Origin: an uncultured Gammaproteobacteria bacterium
Lineage (GTDB): Bacteria > Patescibacteriota > Microgenomatia > JAMCZE01
Assembly (NCBI GenBank): GCA_964597255.1
Contig: CAZQWX010000063.1
Coordinates: forward strand, 1-29,571
DNA: 29,571 nt
Reading direction: 5' to 3'
Below, one piece after another: positions 1-7,464 of this stretch (its first letter is position 1; the number at the start of each line of letters is the position of its first letter). Both the position numbers and the translations under genes were made by a program. The notes under the pieces are model-generated. The model saw only the letters and a program-made list of their open reading frames with translations, had not been told where the DNA came from and searched no databases.

Positions 1-613
1 GCACCAGAGAATTTTTAACCCCGGGGACAAGACCGCGAATTAACAGCAAGTTTTCCTCCGGTTTAACAGCAAAAACTTTCAGGTTGCGAATAGTCGCGGC
101 AGCATTGCCCATATGGCCAGCCATTCTTTTGCCTTTGTAAACTCGGCCCGGAGTGGTGGTTTGACCGATGGAACCGGGGTGGCGCAGACGGTCAGACTGA
201 CCGTGAGTTTTGGGGCCGCCGGCAAAACCGTGGCGGCGAACCACACCCTGAAAACCCTTACCCATGATGGTCCCGGACACTTTGACAATGTCACCAACAG
301 CAAAAACGTCGGCAATTTGAATTTTTTCGCCAGGAGCGAATTTGTCTAATTGGTCTGATTTGTCTAATTTGATTTCGCGAATGTGCTTTGGAGAAATTTT
401 GTCAGTGATGTTCTTCAGGAGGCCCTGAAGTGGTTTATTTGGATGCTTCTTGGAACCTAGGACAATTTGCATGGCATCGTAATTATTTTTCTCGGTAGTT
501 TTCCAACCAACGACAGTTACCGGCTCGACACGCACCAGCGTTACTGGCCAGCGTTTGCCAGCTTCATCATATGCCTGTGACTGACCAAGTTTAAAACCGT
601 AAAAGGTGTTCAT
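1..613 (-). CDS. rplC: 50S ribosomal protein L3 (runs off the left edge)
   Basis: Manual minus-strand translation: MNTFYGFKLGQSQ...GKGFQGVVRRHGFAGGPKTHGQSDRLRHPGSIG...RVYKGKRMAGHMG, the L3 signature. AGGAGG lies 9 nt upstream of the ATG at 613; an alternative ATG at 622 abuts the SD. Not in the ORF track because it has no stop in the window. Confidence 0.96.
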   Translation of the reverse strand, partial: MNTFYGFKLGQSQAYDEAGKRWPVTLVRVEPVTVVGWKTTEKNNYDAMQIVLGSKKHPNKPLQGLLKNITDKISPKHIREIKLDKSDQLDKFAPGEKIQIADVFAVGDIVKVSGTIMGKGFQGVVRRHGFAGGPKTHGQSDRLRHPGSIGQTTTPGRVYKGKRMAGHMGNAAATIRNLKVFAVKPEENLLLIRGLVPGVKNSLV

Positions 614-708
614 AACCAACATCCTCCTGTGCTTCAATTCGCGCCATGCACTACGTGTATGCTCGCGAGCTTTGCTTCGGACGGATTGATGGTTTCTAAG
701 CTCATCGT

Positions 709-726
709 CTCCGCCAAGTGGCGGAT
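709..726. repeat. Short palindromic element CTCCGCCA-AG-TGGCGGAT (intergenic copy)
   Basis: 7-bp inverted arms TCCGCCA/TGGCGGA; 16 of 18 nt identical to the copy at 14033-14050. Confidence 0.7.
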
Positions 727-747
727 TCTTTTCGCTAACAAACCATC

Positions 748-769
748 AAAAAAGCCCCCGGATGGGGAC
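748..769 (-). terminator. Putative intrinsic terminator/attenuator in the rplC leader
   Basis: Minus strand reads GTCCCC-ATCC-GGGGGC followed by TTTTTT (6-bp stem with one G.U pair, 4-nt loop, U6). Confidence 0.6.
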
Positions 770-792
770 TTTAAAGTCCTCCCTACATCCGA

Positions 793-828
793 CTATACTG
801 CGTTAGTGAGTTTAGGGCTTACTAACAT
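793..828 (-). CDS. Putative leader peptide MLVSPKLTNAV upstream of rplC
   Basis: ATG 9 nt after TATAAT; the TAG stop lies 2 nt before a hairpin that competes with the terminator at 748-769. Confidence 0.45.
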   Translation of the reverse strand: MLVSPKLTNAV

Positions 829-837
829 GTACGGTGA

Positions 838-867
838 ATTATACCAAATAAATGATGAGAAAAGCAA
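838..867 (-). promoter_or_regulatory. Sigma70-type promoter for the rplC operon
   Basis: TTGCTT-18 bp-TATAAT with an extended TG (TGgTATAAT). Confidence 0.6.
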
Positions 868-877
868 GGGTAGATAG

Positions 878-1168
878 TTAGAAGTGCACCTCAATTGTAT
901 CGGTGGGGGTTATTATTCCAAATACCTTACTTCGGGCAATTGGAAGAAATAAACCACTATTACAACCAGTAGTATATTCTGTGTCTGTAAGGTCTTTATT
1001 CAAAAGGGTGCAGCGTCTAGAAAATGGCTGAAGCCTGTGACAGCACCAGGCACAAACATCTATCCCATGCTCTAGTAACTGCGAGCGTACTTTTTCGTTT
1101 GGCTGTTGATTGACAAAATAGAGCTCCTGGGTACTTGGGCCTTCTTTGAAGACTAATCCGCCAACCAT
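878..1168 (-). CDS. Hypothetical Cys-rich protein (96 aa) inserted between rpsJ and rplC
   Basis: ORF starts 3 nt after the rpsJ stop and contains CAWCC...C...C; no family recognised. Confidence 0.5.
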   Translation of the reverse strand: MVGGLVFKEGPSTQELYFVNQQPNEKVRSQLLEHGIDVCAWCCHRLQPFSRRCTLLNKDLTDTEYTTGCNSGLFLPIARSKVFGIITPTDTIEVHF

Positions 1169-1171
1169 AAG

Positions 1172-1483
1172 TTACATTTTAATCTCGATATCCACTCCGG
1201 CCGGGAGTTCGAGATGCATGAGGGAATCGATGGTTTTGTCAGTGGGTTCGATGATATCAATAAGGCGCTTGTGAACGGTGACTTGGAAATGTTCCTGATC
1301 GTCTTTGACGTTGCTGGAATTACTAGTGACAACAGTGATTAAGGAGCGATCAGTGGGCAGAGGCACTGGACCAACGACGCTGGCTCCGGTGCGGATGGCA
1401 GCGTCAAGAATGGTTTGACAGGTCGCGTCAAGAACGCGGCCGTCGTATGCTTTTAAACGTACACGAATTCGACCTTTCGGCAT
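1172..1483 (-). CDS. rpsJ: 30S ribosomal protein S10
   Basis: IRVRLKAYD, GPVPLPT, HKRLIDI and LPAGVDIEIK motifs; located downstream of tuf. Confidence 0.97.
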   Translation of the reverse strand: MPKGRIRVRLKAYDGRVLDATCQTILDAAIRTGASVVGPVPLPTDRSLITVVTSNSSNVKDDQEHFQVTVHKRLIDIIEPTDKTIDSLMHLELPAGVDIEIKM

Positions 1484-1516
1484 CGGTTTTCTTGACTTCC
1501 CAAGGAGTCAATGTGC

Positions 1517-1596
1517 AAAAAAAAGAGTGACTAGTGACTAGTTAATAGTGACTCTGCCAGGTCGGCTGACCACTAGCAACTATTCACTAATCACTC
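1517..1596 (-). terminator. Long heptamer-periodic hairpin with U-tract after tuf
   Basis: 26-bp inverted arms at 1525-1550 and 1571-1596 (4 mismatches), followed on the minus strand by T8 (1517-1524). Confidence 0.6.
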
Positions 1597-1610
1597 TGTA
1601 AATGTGCTGA

Positions 1611-2798
1611 TTACGCTATGATCTTGGAAACGGCTCCGGCGCCAACAGTGTGGCCACCTTCGCGGATAGCAAACCGCATCCCGTCTTCCAAAGCGACTGG
1701 CTGGATGAGTTTGACTTTCATCTTGGCGTTGTCGCCCGGCATGACCATTTCAACACCCGACTCCAAGGTGACTTCACCGGTCACATCGGTTGTCCTGATA
1801 TAGAATTGTGGTCGATAGCCACTGAAGAATGGCGTGTGTCGGCCACCCTCTTCTTTGGTCAGGATGTAGACCTGGGCCTCAAATTCCGTATGGGGCGTAA
1901 TTGAGCCTGGTTTGGCAATGACCTGACCACGCTCGACCTGGTCTTTTTCAATGCCGCGGAGCAACAGTCCGACGTTGTCTCCAGCCAGACCTTCATCAAG
2001 CTGTTTGCGGAACATTTCGACCCCGGTAACCACAGTCTTTTGGGTCGCCTTAATGCCCACAATTTCTACTTCCTCGTTGACCTTAACCTTGCCGCGTTCA
2101 ATCCGACCGGTAACCACGGTGCCTCGACCTTTGATCGAGAAGACATCCTCAACTGGCATTAAGAATGGCTTATCCAGATCACGAACCGGAGTGGGAATAT
2201 AGGAATCCACCGCGTCCATGAGCTCCATGATCTTAGCTTCTTGTTCGGGATCACCTTCGACAGCTTTCAGGGCTGAGCCCTTAATGACTGGAGCTTTATC
2301 GCCGTCAAAGCCGTATTTAGTGAGTAACTCACGGACTTCGACTTCAACGAGATCCAAAAGCTCGGGATCCGAAACCATGTCGACTTTATTCAAGAAGACG
2401 ACAATGGCGGGGACATTCACTTGTTTGGCCAAGAGCAAATGCTCTCGGGTTTGGGCCATCGGACCATCGGCGGCGGAAACTACCAAAATGGCACCATCCA
2501 CCTGAGCGGCGCCAGTGATCATGTTCTTGATATAGTCGGCATGACCCGGCATCGCAATGTGAGCATAATGTCTTTTTTCTGTCTCGTATTCGACGTGGGC
2601 GATATTAATCGTGACACCACGAGCTTTTTCTTCTGGAGCGCTGTCGATGTCAGCATAATCCATCGCCTTGGCAAAGCCTTTCTTGGCGAGAACCTTAGTG
2701 ATAGCCGAAGTCAGAGTAGTCTTGCCATGGTCAACGTGACCCATGGTCCCGATATTAACGTGGGGCTTGTTACGGATGAATTTTGCTTGATCAGCCAT
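1611..2798 (-). CDS. tuf: Elongation factor Tu
   Basis: [22 protein letters not shown] and [13 protein letters not shown] motifs; G3 reads AMPG instead of DxPG. Confidence 0.98.
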   Translation of the reverse strand: MADQAKFIRNKPHVNIGTMGHVDHGKTTLTSAITKVLAKKGFAKAMDYADIDSAPEEKARGVTINIAHVEYETEKRHYAHIAMPGHADYIKNMITGAAQVDGAILVVSAADGPMAQTREHLLLAKQVNVPAIVVFLNKVDMVSDPELLDLVEVEVRELLTKYGFDGDKAPVIKGSALKAVEGDPEQEAKIMELMDAVDSYIPTPVRDLDKPFLMPVEDVFSIKGRGTVVTGRIERGKVKVNEEVEIVGIKATQKTVVTGVEMFRKQLDEGLAGDNVGLLLRGIEKDQVERGQVIAKPGSITPHTEFEAQVYILTKEEGGRHTPFFSGYRPQFYIRTTDVTGEVTLESGVEMVMPGDNAKMKVKLIQPVALEDGMRFAIREGGHTVGAGAVSKIIA

Positions 2799-2847
2799 GA
2801 TTATTTTTTAAACAATAGATAACTGCCTTCAATTGAGGCTGAAAATG

Positions 2848-2877
2848 ATTATATCGTAGCCTCGCTACACTTTGCAA
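2848..2877 (-). promoter_or_regulatory. Putative tuf promoter
   Basis: TTGCAA-18 bp-TATAAT immediately after the deformylase stop codon. Confidence 0.5.
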
Positions 2878-2885
2878 GGGGGAAA

Positions 2886-3491
2886 TTAAACTTCCTTAAG
2901 TATTTTTAGCTTTTCCCCAAAAACCTCCTCTTTTCCTTTTCTAATCAACCGCAACGACAATGGGACAGATTCGTCAAGACACAATTTTCCCATTAAATGC
3001 GAAATTTCATGTTGTAAGAGTCTGGCTGCGACGCCGTTCATTTTCTCTCTGATTTTCTTTCCATTGACATCCAGATATTCCACCATAATCCAATATGGCC
3101 TAACGATATCACCCATAACCAGTCCGAAACTTAGGCATAATTCACCCATCATGGCTTTTTCTTCTGATTCTTCAACTATTTTTGGATTAACATATACACT
3201 AAATTTTTCATTCAAAAATGTTACTATTATCTGTTTGCAAATCCCAACTTGGTTACCTGCTAGTCCACGACCATACCCAGTAATGGCTCTATAATCTTTT
3301 AGGGTAGTTTCCATGAGGTTACTCCATCGTTTTACTCTGCCAGTTTGAAAGTCCTCTTTGTTAATTTCATCACAATGGATTCGTAAAATTTTATCGCCGG
3401 CATAAACAAGTTGGGGAAATTTTTGAAGAATTAATTGAAAGTTCTTAACTTCGGAAATTAAACCAGAGTAATCTGTCTTTAATAGTTTCAT
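2886..3491 (-). CDS. def: Peptide deformylase-like protein with divergent motifs
   Basis: GRGLAGNQVG (motif 1), ELCLS (motif 2, canonical EGCLS) and QHEISHLMG (motif 3, canonical HExDH); ATGA overlap with the fusA stop. Confidence 0.85.
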   Translation of the reverse strand: MKLLKTDYSGLISEVKNFQLILQKFPQLVYAGDKILRIHCDEINKEDFQTGRVKRWSNLMETTLKDYRAITGYGRGLAGNQVGICKQIIVTFLNEKFSVYVNPKIVEESEEKAMMGELCLSFGLVMGDIVRPYWIMVEYLDVNGKKIREKMNGVAARLLQHEISHLMGKLCLDESVPLSLRLIRKGKEEVFGEKLKILKEV

Positions 3492-5572
3492 TTTTTAGCC
3501 ACGATTTGTTCCTGAATGTTCTTGGGGACCTCTTCGTAGTGAGACGGCTCCATATAATAGGAAGCGCGGCCTTGAGAAATGGACCGCAGTTTGGTGGCAT
3601 AGCCGGACAGTTCGGCCAAGGGCACCATCGCCAAAATAATCGTGGCTACTCCCCGTTTGGTGGTGCCCATGATTTGGGCCCGTTTGGCAGACAGGTCGCC
3701 GATGACGTCACCCATGAAATCATCAGGAGTTGTGACCTCGACCTTCATGATCGGCTCCAAAAGGACCATGTCGGCTTTTTTGCAAGCATCTTGCAGCGCC
3801 ATAGAACCAGCAATTTGGAAAGCAACATCAGAAGAATCCACATCATGATAGGAACCGTCATAGAGCGTGACGACCAAGTCGGTCAAGGGGTAGCTGGCAA
3901 GAATGCCATTTTGGGCACATTCCTTGGCCCCTTTTTCCACCGGGGGAATAAATTCGGCGGGAATGGAACCTCCACGGATAGCATTAACAAATTCCCAACC
4001 CTCACCACGGGCTTTGGGAGCGACCCGGAGAAGAGCATGACCATATTGGCCCCGACCACCAGTTTGACGAATATATTTACCTTCACCATTGGCTTCTTTT
4101 TTAATGGTTTCTTTGTAAGCAACCTGCGGGGCGCCAATATTAGCATCAACACCCATTTCTTCCTTCATGCGCCGGACCCAAACTTCGATGTGCAACTCGC
4201 CCATGCCAGAAATGATCGTCTGACCAGTTTCTTTATTTGACCGCAATTTAATCGTCGGGTCTTCTTCCATGATTCTCTGGAGGGCAAAACCCATTTTCTC
4301 CTGGTCATTTTTAGTTTTTGGCTCGATGGAAAAAGAAATAACCGGGTCGGCAAAAGAAATACCTTCCAAAATAATCGGATGTTGGGGATCACATAAAGTG
4401 TCGCCAGTCTTTGTCTCCTTAAGACCGACAACAGCAATAATTTCTCCGGCATAGGCCTCAGTGATTTCTTCGCGATCGTTGGCGTGCATTAACAGCAACC
4501 GGGCAATTCTTTCCTGCTGGCCATTGGTGGTATTAAGCAAATAGGAGCCGGCTTTAATCGTGCCGGAATAGACACGAACATAGTAAAGCTTACCCACATG
4601 CGGATCGAGTTGAATCTTAAAAGCCAGACCGGAAAAGGGCGCGTCGATTTTTTGCTCGCGCGTTTCTTTCTCGGTGGTCTTGGGATTGGTACCGGAAACA
4701 GCTGGCCGATCAAGGGGAGAAGGCAAGTAATCAACGACGGCATCAAGCAACAGTTTCACGGTGACGGCCCGATTGTCGCCACCAAAGACCGGAAAGATTT
4801 TTTTCTCGATAGTCCCCTGGCGAATGGCTTTTTTAAGTTCCTCAATAGTTGGCTCCTGACCCTCGAGATATTTTTCTAGTAATTTATCATCCAGCTCTGA
4901 GACTTTTTCCACCAAGATTTTGCGATAGGTCTCGACGGCGGCAACCATATTTTCCGGAACTGGCACTTCCTTAAGTTCGGTACTTTCGGCACTGTCATAG
5001 CTGTAGGCTTTTTTAGTCACTAGGTCGACCAGACCGTGGTGGTCATGTTCCAAACCAATCGGCAAAACCATGGCCACAGCACTGGGGCTGAGTTTTTCCT
5101 GGATGTCCTTGAGAGAATTGATAAAGTTGCCGCCGATGGCGTTAATTTTGTTAACGGAACAGATCCGCGGCACATCATATTTATCGGCCTGGCGCCAGAC
5201 TGTTTCCGACTGCGCCTCAACACCCATCTTGCCGTCAAAGACCATGACGGCACCATCCAAAACACGAAGAGACCGCTCGACTTCGGCGGTGAAGTCCACA
5301 TGGCCGGGTGTATCGATGATGTTAATCCGGTGGTCACGCCAGAAAGTGGTCGTGGCCGCAGAGACAATAGTAATCCCCCGCTCGCGTTCCTGAGACATCC
5401 AGTCCATTTGGGTCGTGCCTTCATCAATGTCACCGATTTTGTAAGTTTTTCCGGTGTAGAACAGGATGCGCTCCGTAGTAGTGGTCTTGCCCGCGTCGAT
5501 GTGCGCGATAATCCCAATATTGCGGATTTTGTCCTGGGGGTAGATGCGTGATTTGTTAGTCTGATCAGCCAT
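3488..5572 (-). CDS. fusA: Elongation factor G
   Basis: AHIDAGKTT, RGITI, DTPGHVDF, GMGELH and PQVAYKET motifs; 694 aa; G4/G5 are atypical (NKIN, GGD). Confidence 0.98.
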   Translation of the reverse strand: MADQTNKSRIYPQDKIRNIGIIAHIDAGKTTTTERILFYTGKTYKIGDIDEGTTQMDWMSQERERGITIVSAATTTFWRDHRINIIDTPGHVDFTAEVERSLRVLDGAVMVFDGKMGVEAQSETVWRQADKYDVPRICSVNKINAIGGNFINSLKDIQEKLSPSAVAMVLPIGLEHDHHGLVDLVTKKAYSYDSAESTELKEVPVPENMVAAVETYRKILVEKVSELDDKLLEKYLEGQEPTIEELKKAIRQGTIEKKIFPVFGGDNRAVTVKLLLDAVVDYLPSPLDRPAVSGTNPKTTEKETREQKIDAPFSGLAFKIQLDPHVGKLYYVRVYSGTIKAGSYLLNTTNGQQERIARLLLMHANDREEITEAYAGEIIAVVGLKETKTGDTLCDPQHPIILEGISFADPVISFSIEPKTKNDQEKMGFALQRIMEEDPTIKLRSNKETGQTIISGMGELHIEVWVRRMKEEMGVDANIGAPQVAYKETIKKEANGEGKYIRQTGGRGQYGHALLRVAPKARGEGWEFVNAIRGGSIPAEFIPPVEKGAKECAQNGILASYPLTDLVVTLYDGSYHDVDSSDVAFQIAGSMALQDACKKADMVLLEPIMKVEVTTPDDFMGDVIGDLSAKRAQIMGTTKRGVATIILAMVPLAELSGYATKLRSISQGRASYYMEPSHYEEVPKNIQEQIVAKK

Positions 5573-5575
5573 ATA

Positions 5576-5902
5576 TTAAATATTCTTCTTTTTCCTTGTC
5601 TTCTTAGATTTTTCGTGTTTAGATCTAACTTTTCGAGTGCCTAATGTTGTTTCGACTCCCCCATAAATATCTAATAACATCGGTTCAGAGATTCTGCCAC
5701 CTTTCAACGCTTTTTTAGTAGCATCGCGATCCTCTTTGCCTTTTATCTCAACCACCCTGGTTAATCTCTGTGTTAATGGATTACGATGCAACTCGTCAGG
5801 GATAGGTACACTCTCTGGTGGATTTGGATCGCCTTCTTGGAATTGGCGTGGTTCCTGATCAACCATTGGTGTCGTCAAAAAATGAGTGCCGTCTTTCGGC
5901 AC
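5576..5902 (-). CDS. Hypothetical protein (108 aa, basic C-terminus)
   Basis: GTG-start ORF filling the gap between the nucleotidyltransferase and fusA, ending 3 nt before the fusA ATG; no family recognised. Confidence 0.5.
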   Translation of the reverse strand: MPKDGTHFLTTPMVDQEPRQFQEGDPNPPESVPIPDELHRNPLTQRLTRVVEIKGKEDRDATKKALKGGRISEPMLLDIYGGVETTLGTRKVRSKHEKSKKTRKKKNI

Positions 5903-5940
5903 AAAGAGATTATATCAATAGCCATCTCACTTTTGAATGG

Positions 5941-6318
5941 TCAACTTCTGGTTCTCTGTTCAATACCTGACGTCACCCACAGATCAATGTTGTGGTCTTT
6001 GATTAGACGGGGTAGTCTTCCCATGTCAAGCTGATCATCCCACGAAAGATGGTTCACAAAACGATGAATCCTAGGGATGTCGTCTTTATTTTCGGGAACT
6101 ATCCCAATGTCAGTATCTGACTCGGGATCGTCTGGGTCGGCTAGGCCAAGTATTACCGATCCGATAATGCTTATCTCCCTGACAGGAATGTTTTCGTCAC
6201 AGAGAGCTCGAAAAAGTGCCGGGATAACTTCGCCCTGAGCAACGGCTAGTCTTCGTCGTGATTCGGGTTCGGTAACTTTGGTGTTGCGGAGGCCTCCCTT
6301 GTACTGTATCAATGGCAT
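5941..6318 (-). CDS. Minimal nucleotidyltransferase domain protein (Pol-beta superfamily, MNT-like)
   Basis: IIGS...SDTDIGIV (GS plus DxD) and a later IDLWV acidic strand; 125 aa. Confidence 0.7.
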   Translation of the reverse strand: MPLIQYKGGLRNTKVTEPESRRRLAVAQGEVIPALFRALCDENIPVREISIIGSVILGLADPDDPESDTDIGIVPENKDDIPRIHRFVNHLSWDDQLDMGRLPRLIKDHNIDLWVTSGIEQRTRS

Positions 6319-6329
6319 AGTCTGTGACT

Positions 6330-6358
6330 ACTATACTATAAGTCTTTGCCAAGTTCAA
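6330..6358 (-). promoter_or_regulatory. Putative promoter of the nucleotidyltransferase insert
   Basis: TTGAAC-17 bp-TATAGT, 11 nt before the ATG at 6318. Confidence 0.45.
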
Positions 6359-6391
6359 GAAGATTTGTAGACTTTGGTGTCAGGGGAATTA

Positions 6392-6874
6392 TTACCAGCG
6401 AAGATGAGCAAACACCTTGTTGGCTTCGGCCATTTTGTGAACCATGTCACGCTTTTTGATCGCATTACCAGTGCCACCCAAGGCATCTTGCATTTCGGCG
6501 GCCAATTTTTCGGCAAAAGTGTGATATTCCTTGTTCGACCGGCTCCGGGCTGCTTCAATCAACCACTTCAGGGCTAAATGGATTTTACGATCGCCGCGAA
6601 CTTCGGAAGGAACTTGATAGGACGCACCACCAACTCGGCGGGGTCGAACTTCCATTTTCGGGGCGATAGTATTCAAAACGGTTTCAAAAAGTTTGGACGG
6701 ATCCTGATCGGCGTTTTTAGCTTTGAGTAAATCAAGAGCGCCGTAGACCTGAGTCGCAGCTGGGCTCTTTTTGCCATCGCGCATGACCTTGTTGATCAAC
6801 TTGGTAATCAACCGGTTGTTGTAAATCGGGTCGGGGTTCGCTTGGCGTTTAGTGATTTTTTTCGATCGCGGCAT
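6392..6874 (-). CDS. rpsG: 30S ribosomal protein S7
   Basis: PKMEVRPRRVGGASYQVP and HKMAEANKVFAH motifs. Confidence 0.98.
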   Translation of the reverse strand: MPRSKKITKRQANPDPIYNNRLITKLINKVMRDGKKSPAATQVYGALDLLKAKNADQDPSKLFETVLNTIAPKMEVRPRRVGGASYQVPSEVRGDRKIHLALKWLIEAARSRSNKEYHTFAEKLAAEMQDALGGTGNAIKKRDMVHKMAEANKVFAHLRW

Positions 6875-6960
6875 ATTTCGAAATGAGCAATACTTAAATG
6901 GGCAATAATTTAATGTTATTAATAAACTTAATTATTTTGTCGTTATTTCATTGTTTATTT

Positions 6961-6991
6961 ATTGCATATTGAATATTGCGCATTGCACATT
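6961..6991. repeat. Tandem degenerate heptamers (ATTGnnn x4) in the rpsL-rpsG spacer
   Basis: ATTGCAT ATTGAAT ATTGCGC ATTGCAC ATT read directly from the sequence. Confidence 0.65.
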
Positions 6992-7460
6992 ACGCTGCAG
7001 CTGCGGCGGCAGGAGCAGCAGCCGGTTGGGCAGCGGCAGCGGTCGGACCAGCACCACCGGATTTAGCACCATATTTACTTCTGGATTGCTGGCGACCCCG
7101 GACGCCGGAAGTGTCATATTTGCCCCGGACGATGTGGTATTTTACACCAGGAAGATCCCGAACCCGGCCGCCACGAATCAGAACGATGGAATGTTCGGCC
7201 AGTTCATGACCTTCGCCTTGAATATAGGCAGTGACTTCCTGTTTGTTAGACAGCCGAACCCGGGCTACTTTACGCAAAGCGGAGTTTGGTTTCTTGGGCG
7301 TCATGGTTTTGACCACAGTACAAACACCACGTTTGAACGGAGCAGAAAATGGCTCCATAACGCGGTCTTTAGCGTTAAAAAATTTGTGCAGGGCCGTCGC
7401 TTTTTGTTTACGATTTTTCCGGTGGCGACCTTGTTTGACCAATTGATTAATGGTTGGCAT
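6990..7460 (-). CDS. rpsL: 30S ribosomal protein S12 with Ala-rich C-terminal tail
   Basis: [24 protein letters not shown] and [12 protein letters not shown] motifs. Confidence 0.98.
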   Translation of the reverse strand: MPTINQLVKQGRHRKNRKQKATALHKFFNAKDRVMEPFSAPFKRGVCTVVKTMTPKKPNSALRKVARVRLSNKQEVTAYIQGEGHELAEHSIVLIRGGRVRDLPGVKYHIVRGKYDTSGVRGRQQSRSKYGAKSGGAGPTAAAAQPAAAPAAAAAA

Positions 7461-7464
7461 AAAA

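Noticed and set aside
629-877. 82-aa plus-strand ORF in the rplC upstream region
   Set aside because: It is antisense to the promoter, uORF and terminator, has a weak start, and has no recognisable domain.
1525-1596. CRISPR array or tRNA
   Set aside because: Only one inverted-repeat pair, with no repeat-spacer periodicity, cloverleaf or T-loop consensus.
5576-5902. HEPN toxin partner of the MNT
   Set aside because: No Rx4-6H motif or helical HEPN pattern is visible.
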